Shown: piece by piece, positions 1 to 13,300 of the stretch | How positions within the stretch are numbered: position 1 is the first letter of the stretch | Layout of the letters: each line of letters opens with the position of its first letter | From: Iphione sp. A-MEVVRFRX5 | Lineage: Eukaryota | DNA length: 64,000 nt | Direction of reading: 5' to 3' | NCBI GenBank assembly: GCA_976226885.1 | Contig: OZ320315.1 | Span: forward strand, 35,402,001 to 35,466,000 | Position numbers and translations under genes: made by a program | Notes under the pieces: generated by a model | The model's database searches: none | What the model saw: the letters and a program-made list of their open reading frames with translations, nothing else | Told to the model about the DNA's origin: nothing

Positions 1-634
1 ACCGACCATCACCACCTTAACGCAATCGGCACGAAACTTGATTTTATGGGAATTAAAGCTACCCCTGTATCCCTTTATCTAATCAATTAGGCTTCCTGAC
101 TCGAGTATTGACCTGCTCGGCCTGGCGAGTTGAGCAACTCAGGAAGTAGTCGGCCCTGAATGGCGTCTTTGGCGCTGGATGGGTCGGCGCCTGAGCTTCT
201 CGGGTGTACGACTAAGGTCCCGGAGGGGGGGGGGGGTGAGAAGGCCAGGGGAGCTGAAGCTTATCGATCGGAGGAAGCTTGACACCCTGATGGCTTCGCG
301 CCATGGGTGCCTCCCCCACTCCCCCCTCCCGCTCCAGAGCTTATCAGCCCACCAGCTCTCTCAAAGACGGAAAAGCACAGGGAGCAAACGGAAGAAGCGC
401 GCCACTGTTTTCGGGAAAAAAATAAACCGAAATACGTGTAATTGTTTTTTTTTGCGGGTAGTACTGGTATATAATACAAATACTGTACGTGAAGACAAAC
501 AGACTCTGGAATGATTTTTTGAAGTGCGGTGTCACTTTGACGCTATATATTTTTTTTATTTGATCCCTGCATCTGCAGATGTACACGGCCTTTCGAAGCT
601 GGGAACTGCAGTTATCTCAGTATGTATGCATATA

Positions 635-810
635 CAGTGGAACCCCTCTACAAAGGACACCCCCTATAAAGGACACCCCTCACTATGGACAGACTGGAGA
701 AGAACCAACTCTACATAATCATGTTTAAATACCCCTGCTATAAAGGACACCCCTCTTTATGGACAGTTTTTGGCCAGTCCCTTTACTGTCCGTAGTGGAG
801 AGGTTCCACC

Positions 811-811
<1 letters not shown>
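635..811. mobile_element. Tc1/mariner-superfamily (pogo/Tigger-like) MITE, family 1
   Basis: TA|CAGTGGAACCCCTCT ... AGAGGTTCCACCG|TA; the right TA runs into (TA)n. A homologous copy is at 36611-36798 in the opposite orientation. Confidence 0.88.

Positions 812-855
<44 letters not shown>
812..855. repeat. (TA)n microsatellite
   Basis: Direct read; extends the MITE TSD. Confidence 0.97.
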
Positions 856-858
<3 letters not shown>

Positions 859-3800
859 CCGGTGCGTATAATGAAGCCATGCACGCCAAAAAAAGGAGAC
901 ATAGACCTCCCTGTCGTGATCTCCGGAAATGAACGAGACGGGCAGATCCTGCGGCGGTCGCAGTTATATATGGTATATATAGTCGGCCAGCATGTGTCCT
1001 CGGACAAAGAGGCCGGGGAAGGCAAGGTTGCAGCGATAAGTCCACACTAGTAAGAACGGTTGCAAATACAGGTGCAGCCAGTCTAGGCAGCTGCTACTCT
1101 CCAGATTGGATCAGGGTCCCACCACTGGAGGCTCAAATATATAGTAGTCGGGCTTGTTACGTTACTACTCGAGGTACAGCTGATATTAACAGGGAAGTCA
1201 TGGGAACTCTAGAAGTTTCGAGAGTTGTCCGGGCGGAAGCAGTGCATGCATATATATATATATATATATAGAGATGTATATATACACGTCTATTCTAATG
1301 AGCAGGTCGAAGTGGAGACTTTTCCCTGAAATAAGTCGAAGGAACATTTATGTAAAGACCATTCATTCTGTTTCAGCAGTTCACTGCATAGTGGAAGGTC
1401 GTAGAGAACGCATGGACTTGTATGTATATCATGCAGATAATAAAAAAGACTAATGTCCAGATTTATGTTGGCATTTGTTCAGCTATGGCTTCTAAGCAGC
1501 AGGATTAAAATACCGACTACATGTATTATATGTCGTATCAATGTTGGCTGTGCGCTGACGAATTAAGTTCACTTTGAAAATAATGCAGAATGCATGTCGG
1601 ATCTTGTTTCATGTTAAGAAGATGGTCATTTAATCGAACAGGTCCCCTCAGAGGGCCATTGAGAGTTCGTAAAATGTTGTTTTATTTCACTCCATTGATT
1701 CCAAGAGGGGAAACCCTATCAAAACATTTGGCTGATTCATCAAGTCGCTACAGCGCAAGAGGAAATCACTGAACTAGGGCCCTTATCACATGTGTCCATA
1801 AGACTTCTGGAAGAAAAATATGTCTGTGTGTGAAGAGACATGGATTACCTCCCGCAGCATCTAATTAATTCCATATGATAACAAGATGTCTTTCCACCAT
1901 TGCCTTCTATGGACTCTGCATCTTTGTGCATAGAAAACCCGTCCTGGCTGGGTCGATCATCTATGCATATGGATGCGCAGACTGGACAAATACATGTACA
2001 CATACATCTGAATGCTCTAAGGTTTAGTATAGGCTGTGTAAAACGCAAAATCTACGCATCTGTAGTTGTATACATGTGCATAGAAAAACACACATATGAT
2101 AAGGGGCCTAAGCAAACACTGTATCAAACATTACCTTTCTCCCCTTAAGCGGTACACTTACAGATATTGTGTGGACGTTTGTTGGTCTTGATGGGCACCT
2201 ATTACATGTAATGTGACATGGGAGGTTAGCACCTGTTTGGATCTGGTCTCTGAGTGGAAATGTGGGCAACAGCCAGTTCCCTCTACAAGACTGCCATTCA
2301 CACCAGGTAGCCCCAGCAATTATGTTACCCTTAAGAGGACATAATTATAAGGTGGGATAGAAAGGTAGGAAAACAGCGATCCGACATGTATGGTAGGGTA
2401 AATGATACCTTACTTCCATCAGGTTTTATTATACATGTACATGTAGATGAGTATAGTGGAAATAGTGGATGTTGTATTACATTCTGAAAATATATAGCGC
2501 AGGAGCTCTGCAATTACTTTAACATGATGGAATATAACTGTAGGGCGAAGGTGGTGGTAACTAGAGACTCCAGAGGAAGAAACAGTCCTTCCTGAAGAGC
2601 CAAGGAACCCTGTTTCCACAACGGAACAATTCATTCCGAGAAGAGTAATCTAAGTCAAAGGCTTGTTTACTCACAGGACTGCTTCATCTTACTAAACGGG
2701 TAAAATATGTGTATTTAGTACATATTATGAGTGTTCTCCCCTAGGAACACAACCTCGTTCGAAGCAGTTGCGCAGCACCAGGTGCTGTTATAACATTCAG
2801 CGCTCAGCCTTCCTTGCAGACTGGGCAAAGCTGAGTTCTACCCGCTGCTGTCTATTAAAGACACGTGTTCTGCATATGACTTGCTATTATGTAAGCCTTC
2901 AGTTGATCGAGTGTACCAGTTGGTCAGATGAATATGTTGGATGCTAACAAGAGATACAGAAGGTTCTAAAAAGGAGCCGTCTTTGTACGCTTACGCATAG
3001 TTCCATCAGCGAATATTATATGTACCCTATTTGCACTCCGAAGATGGCGGGCGGCAGGAATAGATAGATACGGTAGGTTCACTGTGAGGCTCGTTTGTTA
3101 CACTAAACATTTTGAGCAAAGGCCCCGCGAACTACAGTTAACAGCCGTGATCAAATTATAAGTGTTTCTATTTCAGACTTTTGCAATTTTAACCTCGCAG
3201 GCCAGTTCACTTGCATGGTGGCTCGATCATAAAACAAGAACAGTTTGATAGCACGCGCCAAAGATGAGATAACATTGCATTTTTCTTTCTCCGTTTAATG
3301 ATTGTGAGATCAGGGCGTGATTTTTTTTTTTTTTTTTTTTGGGGGGGGGGTGAAATGAGAGCATGTGATAAATAGAAAGATTTGCAATGAATTTGAATGC
3401 TTTGACATTTTTGGTTCTCCATCATAAATTCACACACAAGTACTTCCACTTATGAAGAGTATTTCACAGGCGGGAACGTCGAAGAAATTACTGTTTGAAA
3501 AACTCAATCCAGAGGACAAAAAACTTTCTTTTATCTGTATGAGCCTTGTGGCACAGGCTTACTGTACTACTGTGAAGAATCAACTAATCTTTTTATCAAA
3601 ACATTGTACATGTACTTGCTGCCCTCCTTTGTTCGAGAAAGAATAAATTTAACCTCTAATCTGTTTCACCTCCGTACTTTGTGGCGATGTCGATTAGCAC
3701 AGATTATGTATTTATTTACAATTCGCAACTCTGGTGATATATATAATCGAAAGGCAAAAAGCTGCTGATAGGACGTGACCTCATAACATTCGTGTCTCTA

Positions 3801-4210
3801 GAAATACCCTCGGCCTGATGCTTGCTACCACATCCGTCCGACCTTTTCACGGTCTGTCAACACGAATAATGCTAGTTGGGGAAATATGACTTTACAACTA
3901 TGATCTATAAACAAAAAATTCCAGCAACATATTATCCTTTACTGTAACGTTTTATGCTATCACACTTTCTCAACTTACTTGACCCGGCCTGAAATCGGGA
4001 GCATTTGTAAGGAATTGGGCTTGTTTCAGTTGGATTGTCTCGATTCTTGATTGTGGCGTCTGCGTCATCTTGTCGCTTTATGTTTGTAAATGCTTGAGCT
4101 ATTACGGGAAAAGAAACAATCATATTTCGTCCTCCTTTTCTTCACAGGATCCGTCATTCAAGTTCAAACTCCATATTCATGTTTGTTTTCCATTGTGATC
4201 GCCTCGTCTG

Positions 4211-4346
4211 NNNNNNNNNNNNNNNNNNNNNNNNNNNNNNNNNNNNNNNNNNNNNNNNNNNNNNNNNNNNNNNNNNNNNNNNNNNNNNNNNNNNNNNNNN
4301 NNNNNNNNNNNNNNNNNNNNNNNNNNNNNNNNNNNNNNNNNNNNNN
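4211..4346. other. Assembly gap
   Basis: N run. Confidence 0.98.
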
Positions 4347-7300
4347 AATAGGCAGGCTTCCAAAAGGAGTGAAAGTGTTAAATCTTGTACCGCCAGATGA
4401 CTCGACGAACGAGAGCCAGATGACGCGATAAATCACTGGCAGCCCGACCGCCGTGCGGCAACAGGGACTTCAGTGCTTTCTATTAGGTCGGCGTTGGGGG
4501 TTGATGCCCTCTAATAGGACCGCGCTGATCGCTTTTACCGGCCGCGCCGTGAACGATGGGCTCGCCGTACCCCGAGTGATAGCTGGGCGACATCTTGTAT
4601 CGCCTTGCCAACCTAAATGAAAATAAATACGTCGCGGCGAGTATTTCCGTCGCACGCGCTGGAAGTTTTCGGAAGCTTGCACATGGGAGATGCTTATCGC
4701 AGCACAATGTATATGGTGTTATTTATTTACAGACGAAGGGGGGGGGGCTGGCTCGCAGAGAGAAATATGTATAGGAGCAATTATAGAATGAGATAATAGC
4801 ATGGAAGGTTAGTGCTCGAAACTTTATACGAAAGTTCATTCGCATCAGATCTCTTGACTCTTATCTACTAGTGATATGAAAGATAATGGCTTATCACAGC
4901 CAGAATCCAATTAGCATAAGTGGCGATGGGCAGGTGAAATGGGTCACGCATCATGCTCCCGTAGTCGTTCTGTCGATGTTCTGCGCGGTCGAGTGAAGAT
5001 TTCAACTGGAAAAGTCGTTCAAGCGCTTGAAAGAGACATTATAAAAGATCATAACTTGTAGTTCAGGCAGACCCCCACCTAACGAGCCATGCGACTTCCG
5101 ACATCTTAACTGTACAAAACGGTTCTGGGGAACACAGAGGTTGCGGATGGGGGCGTGTACCTGGGGTTTGGGAGGAGTGTTTAAGGTGGAGTATGGAGGT
5201 CGGGCTGGTCGGCTGAAGAGTTTAGTTTCTCAGGTAGCGGACCCCCCGGGGCGGGCCCAGGTGTCAGGTATACAGAGGAGCAGACAGGCCCCCCCCTCAC
5301 CTGTGATCTCCGAGTGTAGAGATGTTGATACTGCTGTTCCCTGTGCAGACCTCTCTGGCCTTCCTCCCGTTGGCGCCTCCTGCGCCCTCTACCACCTTTT
5401 TTCGCCCACCTCCCCTCCCCCCTCTTTGCCTTTGCTATGCCTGCAGGCGTTGAGTTGGTCTCCATTGAGCAACAGTAAAATGAGTAACTCTTGCCGCTGG
5501 ATGACTCACTATACTTGCTCCCATCACCTAACCCCCACGCTGCCAGCTCGCTCTCTCTGCCAGCCCAAAGGTAACGCTGTGTAATATACACGCAGACAGG
5601 TTAGTCGGTCAAACGATGCCCGGCGCCTTGCCCAATTCCCATGGCGTCCTGGATAACTGTGTCATGATATGAATATATTTACCAAACACGCCTGACAAAC
5701 GAGAATGCAGACTTTCCCGGTTCTTTGCCAAGTTTTTTTTAGATAAACTGTTATACCTAAGCATATATGCATGTGCATATTCATTTTGAGAGTATGTTGT
5801 CTGAAGTATGAAATATTTATACAGGAAACGGTTTTGCTCACAAGAAACGACCCGACTACTGCAGGAAGCTGATGACTTTTAGCATGTTTTTGTTACTTCC
5901 GCGCATCGTAACCATTGCCGTTTGCTGACGGATGCCCCTGCGTCGAAACGTTATGGGAACATTTGAACGTAGAGAATGATGCATGGGTGCAAATCGCTTA
6001 CACGAGTTCGAAAGTTATATGAAAACTGCGCGTGTCGACGATTTCTCTCCAGAATCATCCAGATTTACATATAATCATTCATTTTACATCCAGTCATTCA
6101 CTACAGTGTACATGTATATGTATAACAAATGCAGTCTGGTAAGCTGCAGGTTTTCGAACGGGCCACAAAGTACCTAGACATCTGACCTGTCTGTTTTTCC
6201 CCTGCAATGTGTGTTCCAGGCCCCACTCCTTATGTTTCATCGATGTGGTTAACACCATTTTGCCCAGTTTTTTTTTGTGGTTTATTTTAAGGTTCGAGTC
6301 GGCACACGCCCCGCGGTCTGTGCGCGGCCCACAAGACGCTAACCTGACTTTTTGTCTGCATAGATGGGGGGGGGGGGAAGATAACGTGTGTATACATATG
6401 TTAGATGGGTGGCTGTAATTGAGACAGTGCTTACCTCAGCATCCCTCCCCCCACCTTTTTTCCCCTAACGACTCCTTGTTGTTGGTTTCCTGTTGCTGTC
6501 ATGTGAATCTTCCCTCCCCCACATCCTTCCGCCGTGGCTCCGCTTACTACAGCTTACTTCCCTCCACAGTCGTGCTCCACTCATATGCGTCCCTTCCTAG
6601 TGGTGTTCAGTTTTTCACTCCGGGTGCAATGTATTCCCTACACTTCTATATTTTCTTATTTCTCTCCATATTCAGTTAACACTTTGACCTGTGGTTGACA
6701 TGTCAGTGGTTTCTTTCGAGCTTTACATCCTTTCCTATTAGGTTTTCTCTTTCACCCTGTGTACAAAGTGAATTGCATTAGGAAGACTATTGTTTCTCTT
6801 CTCATTCGATTCCTGCTTTATTTTTTGATTGACATGTCAGTATTTTATTTTTGCTCATCACACTTCGAATTACTAGCAACTTTCAGAGCACAGTCTCCAC
6901 CTCATTTGTACATGGATTAAGTTAAGTGTCCGGATATACAGTATACATGCATAAATAAGTACAGCTAAGGAATGTGAGAACAGAAGCAGATCTGTATACA
7001 TGTATCTTTGTGTGCTCTATGCACAATCGAAAGAATCTATTGCTTAGGGGCTATTCACATGTATCCATACAAAAAAATCTGCTCCCACGTGCAGATGTGG
7101 AGAAACACCCTGCAGAGATCTTTATTTAATTGTAAACATATGTTAACCAGATGTTCTTCACTATTGCTTCCTATGGAATCTACATGTGGGTGTGGACCAA
7201 ATCCATTTTGGATGGTTTGACATCCACACCCGCATGTAGACACAAAAGTCTGCACACATCTAAATGAGAGCAATGGGACAACAGGGCTCGAAAGAAAGCT

Positions 7301-10300
7301 GCACTCTTGTGCGGATGCGGAATGGAGGAATATGGATACATGTGAATAAGCCCTTAAATGTCGCCTGCCCGAGGCTCGCCCAGCAGGGAACTACATGTGT
7401 GCTGCAGAACAACAAGCAGGGGCATACCATCAGTTCCTGTCGAGCTCCTCGTATAATCGGTCCCCCATGTCCTTCGTCAACGCCACCAACCCCGTCACGG
7501 GCGCATTATTCCATCTGGTCATGTAAGAAATACAAAAGGGTGGGGATGGGGGGGGGGGTTCGGGATTATTTATTAGCAACCTCAAGGGGCATCAAATTTA
7601 AAATCATCCCACCTCGTACAAGAAGAAAACCCAAACAAGTGAAGACTTACATTTTAATGTAGAAAATATAAGCTTACCTGCAGTCCAATATGGATTCTAC
7701 ATGAATCAGGCCAACATATGGACGAATTCATCAGGCCCAGCTTAAAACTTCCCACATCTACATGTATATAAATACACTTTTCCTTTTTCTCCACCGAAAA
7801 GGTAGGGAAAAGGGGAAGGGGAAAACTCTCTCGTGGCTGTGATTAATATTTGATGCCAGCAGCGTCTTCTCCACGGGCAACAAGAGGCGCGTATGGTTTT
7901 ATGTGTCCCGTTCATTCCGCTCGGGTGCGCCACCTGAATCACCCCAGATGGGGGAGGGGAAGTAGGGAAGTGTTATTGCCGGCACCGACCGACGTGAAGA
8001 AACCTCGGTGGCGGAATCGCAGCCATTTCGGTGCAGCCGGGCTCTTTAAAGGCAGGCAGAGGACAAAGTCGGTCAGACGGTGAGAGTAGACGGCAGGGGG
8101 GGGGGCAGGTAAAGTAGGGAAGTGTCGATCCAATAGGAAGGAATGGAATCAGAGTCACGGGAAGGGGAAACACGAGATGTCCTGTCAGGCTGACGATGCT
8201 TGAAATGAACTGGCGAACCATGCTGCTAGCGTGGAATGCATGTTCTACATGTATATCTGTTCATCTTGGCTGTTCTCCTGCGTTTTGATGTACGGCTGTG
8301 GATTTTCAAAGTTGTACGTTGTGTGCCGGACTTACTCAGTGAATATAAGCCGACGGCGATATCGGGGAAAGAAATATACAGTCATATGTAGTAAAAGTGT
8401 CGTCTATACACCATAGGAAAACGCTGATCTCAATTTGCCACTGGTTATAGTGGGCATCAGACTTTCAAATGAAACACATTAAACATATATATGAGTATAC
8501 ATGTACATGTAAATATAAATATCTATTTGTTACAGGTAATAAGTATCAAGTTGAAGTTGAATAGATAAACAAGGAAAAGTGTGTTTTAAGCAAGCAGATT
8601 TAGGGTGTGGAAACCAAAATCCATTCTCATCGGCTTTTTGGCCTGGCCAGTGAGAAAAGTGACGCAAGTATTACCTATTCAGGTTCGAGCATGCCTCAAG
8701 TAAGACGGTTTAGGTTTACTGAGGCCGGTCGGACGCGCGGTTAGCGGGGGGGACCCCCGACGTTAAATATTTACGGCAGACGGGCCCAGAAGGACCGTAA
8801 AGAAGGACGCCATAATCAGGAAAAAAGAGGCCCGCACTCCTCTAGTGGCGATGCCCTCCTTTGTCGTGCGCGGCGCGGTGGCAGTCAGGGGACCCGGGGA
8901 CCGGACATCACGTCACAGACGAAATAAAACGCATCGTGCCGGCCCCCGCTCTTCTTATTTGACCTCCCGACGCCCGTCCGCCCGCGCCCGCCAGCCAGCC
9001 GACCGATGTATCCCCCGGACGCCACTACAGGGGCCCGGCAAATGACACTCCGCCGATAAGCAATCTCAGTGGCCGGGCGGGGGCCCTTGATAATCATACA
9101 CGCGCGCTCTGTCATCATGCCCGACTCCCAGGCGGACCTGACACTATGTCATTACGGCTACGCCGAAATGGTGAACGCCTGTAGATAACCGCCAATTTAT
9201 ATACTACTTTCTCATAACCGACGCCGCCCTGGGCCCCCCTTGGCTTGGCCTTGCGGGTGGCATAGATGGAAGTGGATGGTGGCCGGATAGCCACCCAGGC
9301 GGGGGTTAGACCAAGATTTAACATCTTGGTCTTGCATTAGCGGGGTGTTTTGTATTTGGAATGGAAAACGAAAGTGGGAAGTGGTGTACGGTAGTTGCTG
9401 GCCTGTGGTAACCAGTTGACGTTATAGTAATCCGGTGAATATTCATTGTCCGCTGTAAAACGAAATGCCGCTATTGGTTTTACTGTTTCAGCGGTCCTTT
9501 ATGTGAAGGAGGCTTAGATCCGTCTGCAAATAGAAACTGTGGCAATGGGAAGTGTTCTACATGTCCGTCTGCACCCAGCCCGGCTCACACATGTAAACCG
9601 TACTGTCTAACCAAGTGAAGACCCCCCCCCCCCACCCCCCCACCCTGCCTCCACCCTGCCCATCGTCACACGCCCTGCTACATCGATTATGACTGTGTCT
9701 TTGTTTGTCACTGACGTCAACATCTCAGCATCACTATTCAAACCCTCTAGGATGTTACATTCATCATCCTTATGCGAGATAGTCCACTGATGTCGATTCT
9801 GCTACTGCTCCTGTTCACCAGAAAAGCACTAAAGCCTTGTAGACTGGATGATAACCACAAGCCTGTTTCCTGCCATCGCCACGTCTTAGACCTGCCTCGT
9901 TTGTCGCCGTTCTATAGCTGTTTGCTGTATGTCAAACGTATTTATTGCTGATAGGATTGCGGTACTGTGGCAACGCATTAGGAGATGGTTCAATAATCAA
10001 CCTCCCACACGCCACCTCGTGCCAGTTGGGCCTGACACTTATGCTTGTCATGTACGAGAGTACCTAGACAGTCAGACAAGAAGTAACAAAGTGCCCGCCA
10101 CTAACGAAATGAATTCTTCTGAGGCCATCTAATGAAATTATAAACGGCTGGCAACGTTAATCATGACATCCACTGGTAGCAGTACATCGGGACTATTTTA
10201 TATCTACACCGATCATACCTGTACATATACATACATGTCCGGCAGTTACAACAGGCTTTACCCTCACCGTGCGTCGTATACTTTTAAACATTTTTTTACA

Positions 10301-13300
10301 TTAACATTGACGATGTCTAATTCTTTTACTGTTAAAAGTTTTCAACCGATATATATTTACATACATGTATATGTGCATATGTATTCTGGGTATTCCTGTA
10401 TATTCATAGATATCTATATATATCTTTCATCAAGATGTACACAACAACATTTTCACATTGATAATGCTAGGTCTTATCTGTCAATTAATCCTTCACTAGT
10501 TGTGTTCGTTATCTCAATTTTTAAAGAAACTTGTTTAATACCTAAAAGATTAATGGTTCCTATTGCTATAATTGTTCTTCTTATTATTGTCATTTCCACA
10601 TGTTCTCTGAAAGATCTTTGATTGTACTATTACTCCTGAAGATGCGAATTCAATTCAATTCAGTGCTTCGTGAATCGATGAATCGTTGCGGATCCTACAT
10701 GGCTGCCCACTCTCAAGGCAAGGGGGATAAGATCAAAGAGTCATCAATACCGCCCGTTTGAAACGCCAGAGGTCGCGCTGTTTGATGCGTACGATTAAGT
10801 CATCGTAGCCCTCGGACAGAAAGGTTCCCCAACTTTCAGGTGCTAATGTAACTTATCCTCGGCATAATTTGACCAACTAGATGAGAACCATGCACCCGCG
10901 CCATGCACTCGTCGGGATGTACGCCGGGCATGCGAGAAATGTGGGTCCCAGGAGACAATATGGCCACCCACTGGCGCTCCCCTATTATCGTCCACACTTT
11001 GAAGGCTGCCAATGCCTGAGGGCAAGGACAATGGTTGTCATGGTATCTGGTTTTGGACACTGGCCGGGTGTACCCGTCTGGTTGTACGCCGGAGGGTGGA
11101 GTGGAGTGGTCGCCATTGTACCTCTTAAAGTAATGTGTGCTTTTTAGTAGCGGCAATGAGCATATCTGTGAGACTGCAAGCTCTCTTGTCTGTTTCAATG
11201 AGACAATTTCACAAATTGGATTGGACATAGAAAGCAACTCTAGATTTAGAATAGGCGCACTAGCGTAATGTGTTTTTTCAGTTTAATGTGTCCTCCTATC
11301 CAGAACTGTTGGACATCGCAAACGAATTAAAATTCATTGCAAATGGATCTCGATTTATTGCAAATTAACAGAAGTGAAGTCTTTCTCTACAACGGGTTTT
11401 CCACGCAGTTACCGTTTTCAATACGGGCTAAAACGTTGGTCACAGTTTCTTCATTACTTTGCCAGGTGTCTGTCTCGCCTTAAAATAGTTCAATGGCTAA
11501 CAGCAGGCCCTATGGATGTGTTAATCCAGCTTAGTGAGAGGGGGCTTCTTTGGTCCGGGATAACCCAATACCGTGTGGCGGGCGTGATGTTGAGAAGACA
11601 GGGGAGTCTCATCACAAGGTCAATGGCCGGCGAATTGCTCACGGTTTGCCATTAATCAGTTTCCTGAACGCCGCCAGATGGCAGCCGTGGCTGACGTAGC
11701 CGCTGACGTAGCATGACCAACTCCAGGTGGCGCCAGGAGATGAAAGGAACGCTGCCTTCCTCGGTGATAATTAGGTCGTGCGTGATCCCGGGGCATGGGT
11801 TGTGGTATCGCGAAATATCCTCTTCATACCCATCAAGTTTGTTTAGCGACTAACAGAAAGACGTAAATTAAAAAGAGCTCAGCTGTTAAAAATGTGGATT
11901 TGTACATTGTTTTTTTTTTTTGTCGTGAACGAATGCAAGGCGCTTGATAATTGTCGTCTGCCGCACAGATTCTTTGTGAATCAGCAGGTGGGCGGTTGGT
12001 GGGCCGGCACGGCACCAGTTGGTGTTGTTGTCACCCTGCTGTACCCGTTAAACCCTCCCGTTACTTTGTTCAGACTTCACAGCAAGACATGACGACCACG
12101 AGGCACCTGTCGGGACGCTCGTGTTTCAGCTATTGTCCTCCTAAGTGGCTTCTTCATCCTCACTTCGGATATAGAAAAACTACGTTATAACTGCATCTGG
12201 GGCTGTGACCTTATAGCTCCGTTGGTGTTATGTCTCCGCTTGTCTATTAGATCAGATTGGGCGCTGCTGTCATCATTTCATTCAGCGGCGTCCATTTTCA
12301 GTGATTGGCATAGATAAATCGTTCATGATTACCCCGAAACGTACACCAAGATATCTCCTGAACTTGTCACTTGAGGCTTTGTGCGAAGATGACATGTGGT
12401 CATGTAAATACGATTACTTCGACATCTCATTAGCTTCAGTTTCCCCCTAGCGAGCGACGTCGGCGACGTGCCGTCTGACCGACCGGCGGGCAAGCGGCAC
12501 GCCCGAGACACGCTTAATGAAACTGAAGTGATTGAGACGACGCTGGTAACCCCGGACGACCGTTCGACCGCAACGGGCGCCCGCCAGGCTGGCGCCAGCG
12601 GCGGCGCCCTCCGTCCCTAGGACGCCACTTCAAAGACCCCCGGCGGTCTGAGGCGTCCGCCCTAGACGCCCCCTACAGGCACTTTGGGACTTGGGTTAGG
12701 TCCCGTCTCGTCAGGCCAGACACATCGACCCCCCTACTCACACCTATCATTAACTATTAACCTCCCTTTATGTCAGGCTGTGTCGTCCCCGTCCGCCGGT
12801 CCCGAGTGGCGCCGACCACTGCCGACTAATTTGTCCCGAGGATACATTGTTGATACCAGTCGAGGAAACTTCATTGTGTGCCTTTGAGGGGGCCCTATTC
12901 ATATGGGACCATGCAACATTCAAGCACCATCTGTATGTAGATCAGCCCAGCCAATTATTGTTTGCTCAAACAGCTATAAGGTGTCAATTAATTGTTAGCT
13001 TTTAGCCATTAGCGTTAGGGTGATGTATGAATATTTTTCACTGGGTCACATCATCAGTGATATGCGTCGCGCTTAGATGGATTTCGATCGCCGAACTTTA
13101 GAAGAACGCTCCTGATGTTAATTTGTGTTTTATCACTTCGTATTTTGTCTTACTATTGGTTTTGATGAGAGCGTCGGCACTTCAGCACATGTCCTTATGC
13201 ATACTCCTCTCGTCTGTATGTCTTTGCTGTGTTTGGTTTCACTAAAACAAAAACCTTTAAAGTGTGTGATACTGATTAACAGTCCGCACACGCCTTCTTG

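Noticed and set aside
1067-1081. 15-bp match (TACAGGTGCAGCCAG) to the foldback terminus
   Set aside because: No matching opposite end was found; it may be a remnant but cannot be delimited.
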